DNA of 64,000 nt. It comes from Verrucomicrobiota bacterium (GTDB lineage: Bacteria; Verrucomicrobiota; Verrucomicrobiia; Limisphaerales; AAA164-E04). Positions 20,175 to 30,537 of this stretch are shown in pieces (position 1 is the stretch's first letter; each line of letters begins with the position of its first letter). The notes beneath the pieces were generated by a model, which ran no database searches, had not been told where the DNA came from, and saw only the letters and a program-made list of their open reading frames with translations. Location of the stretch: NCBI GenBank assembly GCA_047947115.1, contig CP170459.1, positions 4,992,001 through 5,056,000 on the forward strand, read 5' to 3'. The translations under genes were made by a program, and so were the position numbers.

Positions 20175-21551
20175 TCAACCCACCGAAGGAGGTGCGAATC
20201 CGTCGCGGTAACTGCGGGACAGAATTTGCTTATTGGCTTCTTCGTGGTTGGTGAAAGTATGTGTTTTGGCGTCCCACAGCAGTTCTTGACCTGGGAATCG
20301 GGTAGCCTTGACCGCGAGAAGAGCGGGTTCGGTGATGCGCACGCCGATTTGGAAAGGCGTCCAAATAAACTTTTTGGCTCCCAGACAGTTATCTGCCCAG
20401 TCTTCCCAGTGATGACGTGGTTCCACTCTCGCGAGGGGTTCGTTTTCAACCACTTTGCCCTTGCGGAAGATCGTGATACCTCCATTGGCTTCCAGAAGAA
20501 GCGTTCCTTCTTCACAAACAACCATGGTACGATTGGCTCCCACCTTCATTGGAGGCAAGCCAAGGGCTGAAAATGATGGTAGTAATCCTGTGTCATTGTA
20601 GTGCACCACAAACTTCTCACGAGCAAAATTACTGCCTCCCGGGAAGGTAATAGTGCTCTGATTGTGGGACGTATGACCATCGTTTGACGGACGTGGCGTG
20701 TGGGTCAACACGGACTCAGGAGAAGGCAGATCATAGGCAAAAAACAACAGATCCAGCAAATGACATCCCCAATCCGCCAGTTGACCACCTCCGGTTTCCC
20801 AGAACCCCCGCCAACGACGCGGTGCCAAATCATCGCTGTAAGCGATATCTCGAGTGATCGGCCCACGCCACAGGTCCCAGTTCAGATTCGACGGAACCGG
20901 CTTGGCGGCAGGCAGATCGCTCCAAGGATCCGGGAAGTAATGTCCACGTGAAACACCACCGGTCCAGACATAGGCTTCCACCGGACGTCCCAGTTGGTTG
21001 CGTTTCAAGAGTTCAACAGACTGCATGCGACCTTCGTGGCAAGCGCGCTGGTTGCCCATCTGGGTTACCAGATCAGGGCGGGCGGCCAATCCTTCGCGGA
21101 TCATGCGCAGCTCATCCAGCTGGTGAACGAGCGGTTTTTGACCAAAAATATGTTTCCCGTGCTTAATGGCAGTCATCATCATGGGCGCGTGATGGAAATC
21201 CGGCGTATCCACGATCACGGCATCGAACTGATCGGAGCGATCGGCAAAGGCCTGACGATAATCCGAAACCTTCCAGGCTCGATGCTCATCAGCCACCTTG
21301 TTCATGACGTCACTGTCCACATCACAGAATCCGACGAACTTGGACCGCTCGTGGTTCTTGAGTCCATTGCGCTGCAAGCCGCCAATGCCGCCTACACCGA
21401 TCTGGAAGATCTGAAGCCTGCTGTTCTTGTTGGTTTGCGCACGAGTTGAGAAGGAAGGAGCGGCCATCAGTGTGGTCACAATGGCCCCATTTCGAAGAAA
21501 AGTGCGCCGCGTCACGCGTGCCGCCAGTTTATTGGACTTGGTAGTTTTCAT
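20175..21551 (-). CDS. Tat-exported Gfo/Idh/MocA oxidoreductase
   Basis: TRRTFLR Tat motif, IGVGGIG, TPDFHHAP, QKPL, TQMGNQ and GQLADWGCH. Start moved to MKTTKSNK (21551). Confidence 0.9.
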   Translation of the reverse strand: MKTTKSNKLAARVTRRTFLRNGAIVTTLMAAPSFSTRAQTNKNSRLQIFQIGVGGIGGLQRNGLKNHERSKFVGFCDVDSDVMNKVADEHRAWKVSDYRQAFADRSDQFDAVIVDTPDFHHAPMMMTAIKHGKHIFGQKPLVHQLDELRMIREGLAARPDLVTQMGNQRACHEGRMQSVELLKRNQLGRPVEAYVWTGGVSRGHYFPDPWSDLPAAKPVPSNLNWDLWRGPITRDIAYSDDLAPRRWRGFWETGGGQLADWGCHLLDLLFFAYDLPSPESVLTHTPRPSNDGHTSHNQSTITFPGGSNFAREKFVVHYNDTGLLPSFSALGLPPMKVGANRTMVVCEEGTLLLEANGGITIFRKGKVVENEPLARVEPRHHWEDWADNCLGAKKFIWTPFQIGVRITEPALLAVKATRFPGQELLWDAKTHTFTNHEEANKQILSRSYRDGFAPPSVG

Positions 21552-21730
21552 AGGAATCCCGCACATCTTAGCCGGCAAAACGACATCCCACAAGCGCAAG
21601 AATGAATCCGAAAACGCAAAAGAACAATATAGGTTGAAGGGAAAGCAATATGGCTGCATGGAAGGATTTTCAAGACAGCAACCCCAGTCTGTCATTGAAA
21701 CGCTGTGGGCAAAGCTATATACATGACCTG

Positions 21731-22798
21731 ATGATGTTTCATGTTGTAAAAAAAGTAATGACGTACGGCTGGCTGATGCTTTTCCTGGCGGCCTCCCAGC
21801 CGGTTCAAGGAGCAACCATCAGTTCACGCGTTCTGGATCTGCCCTTTGCCTACAGTGACACCCCCAACATCATCGAAACATCCGAGGGACTTTTGATGGT
21901 CTGGGCAAGTGGCACGCGGGAAGGTTATTCAGATGTCAAACTCTATCGTGCACATTGGAGCGGTCATGCCTGGACCACCCCCAAAGAAGTTGCCGCCTTC
22001 GAACGCGAAGGGTCAGGTATCCAGGAAGCCTGCTGGAATCCTGTTCTGGTCCAGGGCCCGGAACGTCAACTGGCCTTGTTTTACCAAGTTGGCTCAAGTC
22101 GCGCTTCCTGGGAAGGACGGATGAAGTTTTCCTATGACGGCGGTCATTCATGGACCCCTGCGCAGGATTTACCCAATGGCTACCACGGCCCTGTCAAAAA
22201 CAAATCAGTCGAATTGCCCAACGGCAAGTTTCTTTGCCCCTCGAGTCTGGCCGTCGCAGGCTGGCAGATCCAAATGGAATTTGCCACCCCCTTCAGGGAA
22301 AACTGGGGTTGGCGCAAATCCAAACCTCTGAATTCTCCAACAGAATATCGAGCCACCGATCCCGTCATCCTGATGCATGATGCCGAACATATCCAGGTGT
22401 TGTGCCGATCCAAACAAGGATATATGACAGAACTCTGGACCCACAACGGCACCAAGACCTGGACGAATATGAAACGCGGCCCCCTTCCCAACCCCAACAG
22501 CGCCTTTGACGTGATCAAAATTCATGATGGAAGATTTGTCCTCGTTTACAACCACAGCTCCCGGTTTACCGACAGGATCAATCTGGCGGTCAGCAAGGAT
22601 GGTAAAAACTGGGAAGCCGTCAGTGTGCTGGACCAGTCTCCATCCACCCGAATTGAAAACCCGTCCATCATCCAATACCTCAACGGTCATTTGCATTTGG
22701 TATACGTCATCAATCAAAACCGGTTCAAACACGTCCGACTTGATCCCATGGTCTTCAACGGGAAACCGATCATCGATGGCGTTTGGCCGATCCAGTAA
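21731..22798 (+). CDS. BNR/Asp-box sialidase-like glycoside hydrolase
   Basis: SYDGGHSW, THNGTKTW and SKDGKNW Asp-boxes, GPVKNK, LPNPNS. Start approximate. Confidence 0.85.
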   Translation: MMFHVVKKVMTYGWLMLFLAASQPVQGATISSRVLDLPFAYSDTPNIIETSEGLLMVWASGTREGYSDVKLYRAHWSGHAWTTPKEVAAFEREGSGIQEACWNPVLVQGPERQLALFYQVGSSRASWEGRMKFSYDGGHSWTPAQDLPNGYHGPVKNKSVELPNGKFLCPSSLAVAGWQIQMEFATPFRENWGWRKSKPLNSPTEYRATDPVILMHDAEHIQVLCRSKQGYMTELWTHNGTKTWTNMKRGPLPNPNSAFDVIKIHDGRFVLVYNHSSRFTDRINLAVSKDGKNWEAVSVLDQSPSTRIENPSIIQYLNGHLHLVYVINQNRFKHVRLDPMVFNGKPIIDGVWPIQ

Positions 22799-22898
22799 GA
22801 AACAACTTGGAACAAGTTACTCCCTGAACTGCGGAGGAAGCTTGCGGAAGCCGTTCAATCATGTTTGGATGCTTCCAGACTGATACAACGCATTCCAT

Positions 22899-23366
22899 AT
22901 GAGCGCAGAAGCAAACATTACAAAACTGAATCTCACCCTTCCTCCTGCCCCAGCACCGGCAGGCGTATACAAACCGGTCGTCCTGCAGGGAAGCCTTGCC
23001 TATGTTTCTGGACAAGGCCCTGTCACGCAGGATGGATCGCTTTTGACAGGCAGGGTTGGAGCGGACGTGGACAAAGAACAGGGCAAACTCGCCGCCCGTC
23101 AAGTGGGATTAACCATGTTGTCCACCCTGAAGAGCCAGATTGGCAGCCTCGACCGTATCGCCCGAGTGATCAAACTTCTCGGCATGGTGAACTCCACACC
23201 TGATTTCGGAGAGCACCCCTATGTAATCAACGGATGCAGCGAACTCTTCGCGGAAGTTTTCGGCAGCGACAATGGCATCGGCGCACGCAGCGCTGTCGGC
23301 ATGGGATCACTGCCCGGTAACATCACCGTGGAAATCGAGGCCATTTTCGAATTAAAACCGGAATAG
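22899..23366 (+). CDS. RidA/YjgF/YER057c/UK114 family protein
   Basis: YVSGQGP, VINGCSELF and ARSAVGMGSLP..VEIEAIF motifs. Confidence 0.92.
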   Translation: MSAEANITKLNLTLPPAPAPAGVYKPVVLQGSLAYVSGQGPVTQDGSLLTGRVGADVDKEQGKLAARQVGLTMLSTLKSQIGSLDRIARVIKLLGMVNSTPDFGEHPYVINGCSELFAEVFGSDNGIGARSAVGMGSLPGNITVEIEAIFELKPE

Positions 23367-23397
23367 CCCCCAACCTCTCAGCCGAACCAATACGCCC

Positions 23398-24519
23398 ATG
23401 GAAGATCCTTCAACCGATTGGTTCAGTATTCAGAATGCGGACAAACTGAGTTCTCCGGCACTTCTGGTCTATCCGGACCGGGTCCAAAACAATATCAAAC
23501 GCATGCTGCAAAGGGTCGACAACGACCCCGCGCGCCTGTGCCCGCACGTCAAGACCATCAAAACGGAAGCATTGATCCGCATGATGGTGAACGAAGGGAT
23601 CACCCAGTTCAAATGCGCCACGATTGCCGAAGGGGAAACAGCGCTCAAAGCCGGTGCCCTATCCGTTCTCCTCGCTGTCCAACCCTCAAAGCCTGTGGCG
23701 GAACGATGGATCACACTGGCTAAAGCCTATCCGGATCGATCCCTTTCGACTGTGGTGGATTGTCTGGAATCCCTGCAAATGCTCGGACAATTGGCCGGGG
23801 ATCAACAGGCAGCGTTTAATCTTTATCTGGACCTGAATGTGGGGATGAACCGAACGGGCATAACTCCCGGACCGGCAGCTTTGGAACTTGTGGACTCCAT
23901 CCAATCTACGAAAGGTCTCAACTTCAACGGTCTTCACGCCTACGACGGACACTTGCATCAACCCGATATCAAAGAACGTCAAGAAGCTTGTGATGACTGG
24001 CACCGCTCACTGCGCGCATTTGCAGATCAAGTAAAGCAACATACAGGGACGCCCCCTCGTATCATAGCGGGAGGCACACCAACCTTTCCCATGCATGCGG
24101 CGACCAGTGATCTGATCTGCAGCCCCGGCACATGTGTTTTGTGGGATGCCGGCTATGCCCATCATTTCAAGGATCTTGATTTTCTCTGGGCGCTGGTTGT
24201 GATGTGTCGAGTGATATCCAAGCCCACTCCGAACACCCTTTGTCTGGATCTGGGCCACAAGGCTATCGCCTCGGAAATGTCACCTCCGCGCATCGCCTTC
24301 TTCAATCTTGAAGCAGGGTCATTTGTGTCCCACAGCGAAGAACATCTCGTGGTCTCCTCCCCACAAGCCTCTAGACTCAAAGTCGGATCCATCCTGTATG
24401 GAGTCCCCTGGCATGTCTGCCCTACCGTGGCGCTGCACCAGCAACTCCATGTCGTCGAGAACCATCAGGCCACCTCAACCTGGGAAGTCGTGGCAAGAAA
24501 CCGCACGATCAATTACTGA
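23398..24519 (+). CDS. PLP-dependent D-threonine aldolase / D-serine deaminase-like enzyme (alanine-racemase fold)
   Basis: PHVKTIK, KCATIAE, GMNRTG, HAYDGH, GGTPTF, LDLGHKA, HSEEH and HVCPT motifs. Confidence 0.88.
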   Translation: MEDPSTDWFSIQNADKLSSPALLVYPDRVQNNIKRMLQRVDNDPARLCPHVKTIKTEALIRMMVNEGITQFKCATIAEGETALKAGALSVLLAVQPSKPVAERWITLAKAYPDRSLSTVVDCLESLQMLGQLAGDQQAAFNLYLDLNVGMNRTGITPGPAALELVDSIQSTKGLNFNGLHAYDGHLHQPDIKERQEACDDWHRSLRAFADQVKQHTGTPPRIIAGGTPTFPMHAATSDLICSPGTCVLWDAGYAHHFKDLDFLWALVVMCRVISKPTPNTLCLDLGHKAIASEMSPPRIAFFNLEAGSFVSHSEEHLVVSSPQASRLKVGSILYGVPWHVCPTVALHQQLHVVENHQATSTWEVVARNRTINY

Positions 24520-24579
24520 TCGCAAACGGCGCCGTCACACTATCCTACAACCTTGAGATTGAGTAGCTGCGAACACAAC

Positions 24580-25941
24580 CTAGATACCAGCCAATCGCGT
24601 GTCGGAATCTCCGAAATGCTCGAGTTTGACGTCCATGCGATCCATGATGGAGAGGTAGAAACTGCAAAGCTTGCGGTCTTCGTCTGATTTGTCCAGGTAG
24701 TTGAGGACACGTCCTGTTTCCAACGTACCATCCAGACCGCCCAGGGTCAGCAAAGGCACTTTGGTGGAGTCGTGTTTACTGCCGGACCACATATTGGAAA
24801 TCCAAATCAGGCAGGAATGATCCAACACCGTCCCCTCCCCTTCCGGCATGGCGTCAAGGCGCCGGGCAAGGTGAGCCATCTGGCTGACGTAATAGCGGGT
24901 GATGCGTTCGAACTCATCAGACTCGTCATGGTGGGATGCGGAGTGATGTGCATTGCGGGCATCCAGAAACGGGTAAAACAAACCGGAAATATCCCGACAC
25001 AACAACAGGGTCGCCACGCGGGTTTTGTCGGTTTGAAATGCCAACGCAATGATGTCGCACATCAGGCGCATGTGTTCCCGGATGTCTTCGGGTAAACCGT
25101 TCTCCGGTCGTTCCATGGTGAACAGTTTGGCCGGTTTATCCAGCACCACGTCATCGGCTTTGTCCTTGAGCTGTCGTAGTGATTCAATGCGTTTTTCCAC
25201 TTCTCGCACACTGGTCAGGTATTCGTCCAATTTGGCCTTGTCGGCGCTGCTGACCTGGCGACTCAAATCGCCTGCCTGCTCCATCACACGATCCAGGATA
25301 CTCAGGTTGCGCATGTTCCCCTTGTTTTCGTACAGGCTGTCGAAAGCCAGTGATGGATAGACTTCCATGGGCACGGGCGAGGATTCGTTTTGCCATGAAA
25401 TGTGTGAACCGTAAGCCATGGAAAAATTGGTTTCGTGGTATCCGGTCACCGGCTGTTCACAACCCAGTACCATGCTCGGTTGAACCGTTTGCAGCCCGAT
25501 ATGATTGGCCAGCACCTGGTCCATGCTGATGTCGCCGCGAAGCTCGGAACCCTTTTTCAGGGCGGCGCCGGAAAGGAGGTTACCGGTCTGACCGGGGTGA
25601 ATCCCCACTCCGGTGGCGTTTTTATTGAATAGTCCGGAGATGTAATTCAGTTTCTTTTTAAAGGGCACCAGGGGCTCAAGGCTCTTCCCCAGTGTGAGCC
25701 CCTGCTCGCCTTGCTTGGCCCAGAAATGATGTTTATTGACCCCGTTGGCCATGAAAAGTGCGGCGAATCGTTTGGGGTATGGGTGCACTTTGGAGGTGGA
25801 TCCCGGCTCATTGCCCCAGACGGAAACCGATTCCAGCCAGGGTAGTGCCATCACCACGCCTGTTCCCCGAAGGAACCGGCGCCGTGAAAAGGCGTTCTCA
25901 CGAATGTTCCGTTGCTTGCGTGCGTTCATCTTGTTCATCAC
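24580..25941 (-). CDS. DUF1552 domain protein (Tat signal)
   Basis: SRRRFLRGTG..ALPWLES, SMDQVLA, KLDEYLTSVREVE and LAFQTDKTRVAT. Confidence 0.9.
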   Translation of the reverse strand: MMNKMNARKQRNIRENAFSRRRFLRGTGVVMALPWLESVSVWGNEPGSTSKVHPYPKRFAALFMANGVNKHHFWAKQGEQGLTLGKSLEPLVPFKKKLNYISGLFNKNATGVGIHPGQTGNLLSGAALKKGSELRGDISMDQVLANHIGLQTVQPSMVLGCEQPVTGYHETNFSMAYGSHISWQNESSPVPMEVYPSLAFDSLYENKGNMRNLSILDRVMEQAGDLSRQVSSADKAKLDEYLTSVREVEKRIESLRQLKDKADDVVLDKPAKLFTMERPENGLPEDIREHMRLMCDIIALAFQTDKTRVATLLLCRDISGLFYPFLDARNAHHSASHHDESDEFERITRYYVSQMAHLARRLDAMPEGEGTVLDHSCLIWISNMWSGSKHDSTKVPLLTLGGLDGTLETGRVLNYLDKSDEDRKLCSFYLSIMDRMDVKLEHFGDSDTRLAGI

Positions 25942-28900
25942 TCGTTGTTCTGCGCCAAGGTCTCCATACCTCGTCGATTCAAAAACTGCGGACTTGTCAC
26001 AATGCTTTCCAGTAAAATCTGGAAACGATATCCATGCTTTGCTAGACGGGTCTGCATGGTTTCCAATATCGGTTCATCCGATGGAACCAAACTTCGTCCC
26101 AAGGCATAAGCAAACAATTTCCGACAAAGCTGATTCACGAACTCGGGCTGGCGATGTTGGGCAAGATACTCTCTCAGACCATCAAGTCCAGTTCCTTCTT
26201 CACCCTTCGGGAAGACCGTCCGGTTCTCAATGGGACGTCCGGCCAGGTCAATTGCGCGCCGTTCCCCCACAGGACCGTAACCTTCAAAGGCGAGGCCAAT
26301 GGAATCAAATTTTTCATGACACGTGGCGCAATCCCGCACTTCACGATGACGTGCCAACATCTTTGCCAAAGAGAGTTCCATGGCACTTTCGTCCGGCGGC
26401 AACTCCGGCACATTAGGTGGAGGCGGAGGGATGTGCTCCCCCAACACCTGCCGCACAATCCAATAACCTCGCTTCACCGGACTGGTGCGGAGTCCTGGGG
26501 CATTGACGGTCTGGAACACGGCCATGGGCAACAATCCTCCGCGTCCATACTCTTTCACATGGATCCGTTCCCAACCGATGGCATCACGTCCTGATTGCAC
26601 TGGAATCCCATAATGCTCAGCCAATACAGGATTCACCCAGGTATGGTCGCTGTAAAGAAAGTCCAGAATGGAACGATCTGCCCGAGCCACATCCAAGAAG
26701 AATTGAAGTGGCTCCTCAAACATGGAAAGTCGCAGTGCATCCGTGAACTGGGGGAACCGTTGTCGATCGACGCTGTTGTGTGTTTGAAAACGACGAAACC
26801 CCAACCAATTGCCGGCAAACTCCACCGCCAGCCCCCGAAAACGTTGATCCTGTGTCATGCGTCGGACGTGAGCAAGAAGAACACTCTGCTCATGGAGCTG
26901 CCCGTTTTGGGCATCCCGGAGCAATGCTTCATCCGGCATGCTCGACCATAGGAAGTAACTCAAGCGACTGGCCAGGGAGAGATCCGGAACAGGATGGATC
27001 CCGGGTTGTGTTGAAGGGATGTCAAAGCGATACCAAAAATGAGGTGAAACCAGAAGGCTCGTTACACAATCACGAATGGCATCCTCATGGCTCAGATTCC
27101 CCTCCGCCATGAGTTGACTGTAGAAGGCGATCAGGTCCTGCGTTTCCGCTTGGCTCAAAGAACGACGATAAGCACGGCTTGCAAAGTCGAGTAACGCTCT
27201 TAAATGCGATGGGCGTGCCAGGAGTCGGTTTTTTTCAACCCAGCGAACACTTTTATTGATCAAGTCGAAATGCTCCTTAATTGCCTGTGCAGCCAAAGCA
27301 TCGGCCCCCATCTCCAGGGCTTTGGCAAGATATACCTCAGCCAAACGTTTGATTTTTTCTTCGGAAGTCACGTCCTTGTCTTCCGCGCGCGCGAAATCAA
27401 ATTCCTCGCCACGCATGAATCTGGAATCGGTTCGCTCGAACCAGACCAAGCCCTGATGTTGGCGCATGGGTGCATAGGCGATGAAATCCAGTTCCTGCCA
27501 AAGGGCGTCGAGTTCGATTTGTTGAACCGGGGTGAGGATCAATTGGTAGAGTGGTTGATCATCACGGAAGTAACCCATCATGCTGTGAAAACCAGCACTC
27601 AACAACCGGCCTTGTTCAACATTCTGACGGTTCTCATCGGGATCCAGGAACTCACGTCCACGTTCGGATATATAGAAAGCATCGGGGATGATCGCACAGA
27701 AGCGTTCGAGGGCGGCTTTGGCTTGGGCAACGCTGACGTTTACATCATCAGGCAAATGATCCATCTCGCGCGCATCGCGGCCCCGCGGCAGCGGGGCCCT
27801 ACCGGTAGGTGGCAATTTCAATCCCAATGCTTCATCGGATTCTTTTGGTTGGTCGATCAATCGTTGAATATCTCCCAACATTCGGTGTCTGGCTTTTTCC
27901 CGATTGCGCCAAAGCACGAAAGCCTGACACCCATTGTGAATCCCCTGGACACGAATGTGCGGAATTTCAAAGGTCAACGCAGCTCGCGCTTCTTTTGCAT
28001 AATCAACCATGGCCTGAATCTTTTCTGACACAAGCTCGGCGTCCTCTTCCTTACATGCCTCCTTCCATAACAACCTCAATCGAGCGACAGGCCCCCAATT
28101 CTGTTGTCCGTCTTCAAGCATGTCCCAGATGATCTTCAAATACTTGGTGCTTACCTGATGAGTGGATGCCGCTTCTTCTAGTGAAGCATCGGACAATGGA
28201 ATCCTACTCTTGTTCTTAATATGCCAAGCCGCACTGAAGTAATCCCCCAAATCTGTGTTTTGTTGTTGATAGAACTCGATAATACGATTGACGCAATACT
28301 TGTCCCGATCCGTTTCGGTCAAAACCGGATGGGGTGCAAATTCAAACCCATCCGGCTTCACCACCAGGTGCTCGGAAACTTGCCTGGCTGCCTCCAGATA
28401 CTTTTTCAACAAAGCGGGTGAAAGGGTCAGGGATTCGCCAGTGTTGTCAAATCCCTCTTCGTTGGCCGGATCCACCGGAAACTCGCGCGTGGGTTGGATA
28501 TCCACACCGGTTAAATCACGAATGGTGTAATTGTATTCGGCGTTGCTCAAGCGGCGGGCAAGGATGATCCCGGGATCGCCCGCGTTTTTCTCGGCTTCTT
28601 CTCGTTTTACGGCAAGAATCCAGTCGATCACTTGTTTGCGATCTTCATCACTGGGTTGAAGTTCTTCGTCCTCGGGCGGCATCTCTCTGTTTTGGAGCAT
28701 GTCCAGAATCAGTTCCCAATGACCAAAATCAGCGATCACATCACCCGTTTGCTGGTAAGGACTGACATCAAACTTGGCCTTGGGTTTGTCTCCGCTGTGG
28801 CAATCCAAACAATAACGATTCAGAAAGGGAAGAACATGCTCATCATAACTCGAAGCTAAGCGATCTCCTTCTACCGCAGCATCCATGTCCCCCAAAAGCG

Positions 28901-29012
28901 TCAACCACAATACCGACAAGACACCTTTGTAAGACAAATTCAATCGAAGATGGCATAATGAAACAATCATTGGCAAAGGACATATTTTACGCGATTCAAA
29001 CAGCCCAATCAA
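25938..29012 (-). CDS. DUF1587/1592/1588/1595/1585 protein with c-type heme motifs
   Basis: CLDCH, RRLSNAEYNYTIRDL, LASRLSYFLWSSMPD, RTSPVKRG and CATCH. Contains an in-frame REP. Confidence 0.9.
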   Translation of the reverse strand: MIGLFESRKICPLPMIVSLCHLRLNLSYKGVLSVLWLTLLGDMDAAVEGDRLASSYDEHVLPFLNRYCLDCHSGDKPKAKFDVSPYQQTGDVIADFGHWELILDMLQNREMPPEDEELQPSDEDRKQVIDWILAVKREEAEKNAGDPGIILARRLSNAEYNYTIRDLTGVDIQPTREFPVDPANEEGFDNTGESLTLSPALLKKYLEAARQVSEHLVVKPDGFEFAPHPVLTETDRDKYCVNRIIEFYQQQNTDLGDYFSAAWHIKNKSRIPLSDASLEEAASTHQVSTKYLKIIWDMLEDGQQNWGPVARLRLLWKEACKEEDAELVSEKIQAMVDYAKEARAALTFEIPHIRVQGIHNGCQAFVLWRNREKARHRMLGDIQRLIDQPKESDEALGLKLPPTGRAPLPRGRDAREMDHLPDDVNVSVAQAKAALERFCAIIPDAFYISERGREFLDPDENRQNVEQGRLLSAGFHSMMGYFRDDQPLYQLILTPVQQIELDALWQELDFIAYAPMRQHQGLVWFERTDSRFMRGEEFDFARAEDKDVTSEEKIKRLAEVYLAKALEMGADALAAQAIKEHFDLINKSVRWVEKNRLLARPSHLRALLDFASRAYRRSLSQAETQDLIAFYSQLMAEGNLSHEDAIRDCVTSLLVSPHFWYRFDIPSTQPGIHPVPDLSLASRLSYFLWSSMPDEALLRDAQNGQLHEQSVLLAHVRRMTQDQRFRGLAVEFAGNWLGFRRFQTHNSVDRQRFPQFTDALRLSMFEEPLQFFLDVARADRSILDFLYSDHTWVNPVLAEHYGIPVQSGRDAIGWERIHVKEYGRGGLLPMAVFQTVNAPGLRTSPVKRGYWIVRQVLGEHIPPPPPNVPELPPDESAMELSLAKMLARHREVRDCATCHEKFDSIGLAFEGYGPVGERRAIDLAGRPIENRTVFPKGEEGTGLDGLREYLAQHRQPEFVNQLCRKLFAYALGRSLVPSDEPILETMQTRLAKHGYRFQILLESIVTSPQFLNRRGMETLAQNNE
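27778..27803 (-). repeat. REP palindrome inside a CDS
   Basis: Exact match to the array REP: GGTAGGGCCCCGCTGCCGCGGGGCCG, encoding GRAPLPRGR. Confidence 0.85.
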
Positions 29013-29050
29013 TCCCGCAAGTAAACGAACAGGAATGGAGACTTAAACGT

Positions 29051-30493
29051 TCACTTTGGTTCGGATCCTGGCACATAGGTATCGTAGATCTTGGCACTTT
29101 GCCCCATCCAATGAGGTGAAGATCCCCAGAGAGGAACCGTTGGCAACATGCTTTCCCACTTGCTTAACTCCTCAAACAAAGATTGCAACGTGTCGGGTTC
29201 CAGGCCGGAAAGATCATGGGCTTCGCCACGATCCGACGCAGGCCGAAAGAGTTGTGCCGGACGATGTGAGAGACGGATCAGTTTTTCGGTTCCTTGCAAT
29301 ACACTCGCCTGCCCCTGCAATCGCCAAAACAATTTCCTTGGAGGCGCGGTTTGTTCCCCTTTCAGATAGGGCAACAGATTAATGCCGTCGTAGGGGCCGT
29401 AGTGTTGAACCCCTTTTTTAAAATTGCTTTTATCCTCATGAGACATTGGTTCTCTGAGTGGAAGCGGATTCGCCTGGGCGGCGGCCATAAACGTTGGCAG
29501 AAGATCCAAACTGGACGCAGGTTGCTCATAGCCCGTGCCAGCAGGCAAGACGCCCGGCCAACTATAAACCATCGGCACACGCACTCCTCCTTCTCGCAAA
29601 CATCCCTTTGCTCCCGACAAATCGGCGTTCCAACTGGCATTGTTGGTGGCGCCTCCGTTGTCGGAAAAGAACACGATCAGGGTATCTTGTGAGGCCCCTT
29701 GCACTTTCAGGTATTGCCGCAGACGACCGACCGAACGATCCAAGGCATACATCATCGCGGCATAAGTTCGCCGTCTCGGATTTTCAATATGCTCAAACAA
29801 TGCAAGATCGTCACCTGTAGCTTCCATCGGCCCATGAGGCGCGTTATAACTCAGGAATAAAAACCAGGGTTGCTTTTTGTCCTGATGCTGATCAAGCCAA
29901 CTCAATGCTTCGTCGGTAAAAAAATCGGTAAGGTAAGGATTTGAGAACTCCTGAACCGGTTGACCGTTTCGTTCAATCCGGTGTTGATTTGCTTTCGGAA
30001 AGTAAGTGTGACTCCCGGTCAGCATTCCGCAATAATAATCAAACCCCCGTTTTAAAGGATGAAAGGCCTCGCCCATCCCCATGTGCCACTTGCCGATGAG
30101 CGCGGTGGCATAACCGGCAGAACGCAGATGATCGCCCAATGTATGTTCTCCGGGGGGAAGCCCCAGAAGCTCCGGACGTGTATCGTAGGCGGCCGCTCCC
30201 TGATTGAGGTTGGCCTGATAACCGAAACGCCTCGGATCGCGCCCGGTAAACAATCCCGCCCGCGATGGAGAACAAACAGGACTGCAAACATAACCCTGAC
30301 GACAGAAAACGCCCGACTTCACCAGGGAATCCAAGTGCGGTGTTCTCAAGCGGACACTTCCGGTCACACCCAGATCACCATAACCCATATCGTCGGCCAG
30401 GATAACCAGGATATTTGGTTGTCTACCCTCAGCCCATGTGTAGTGCACGGATATGAAACATGTCACCACCAGCAACCATCTCATTCTTGTCAT
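29051..30493 (-). CDS. sulfatase (Cys-type, formylglycine-dependent)
   Basis: LADDMGYGD, CSPSRAGLFTG, GKWH and FFSDNG motifs. Confidence 0.95.
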   Translation of the reverse strand: MTRMRWLLVVTCFISVHYTWAEGRQPNILVILADDMGYGDLGVTGSVRLRTPHLDSLVKSGVFCRQGYVCSPVCSPSRAGLFTGRDPRRFGYQANLNQGAAAYDTRPELLGLPPGEHTLGDHLRSAGYATALIGKWHMGMGEAFHPLKRGFDYYCGMLTGSHTYFPKANQHRIERNGQPVQEFSNPYLTDFFTDEALSWLDQHQDKKQPWFLFLSYNAPHGPMEATGDDLALFEHIENPRRRTYAAMMYALDRSVGRLRQYLKVQGASQDTLIVFFSDNGGATNNASWNADLSGAKGCLREGGVRVPMVYSWPGVLPAGTGYEQPASSLDLLPTFMAAAQANPLPLREPMSHEDKSNFKKGVQHYGPYDGINLLPYLKGEQTAPPRKLFWRLQGQASVLQGTEKLIRLSHRPAQLFRPASDRGEAHDLSGLEPDTLQSLFEELSKWESMLPTVPLWGSSPHWMGQSAKIYDTYVPGSEPK

Positions 30494-30537
30494 GGCGCCA
30501 AAATAACCCGATCTGCCCTCCCCGGGAAAGCTTCCAA

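Noticed and set aside
21552..21815. N-terminal extension of the oxidoreductase ORF (similar extensions at 44588-44848 and 35647-35778)
   Set aside because: They overlap neighbouring genes and precede the recognisable signal or first motif, so later starts were chosen.
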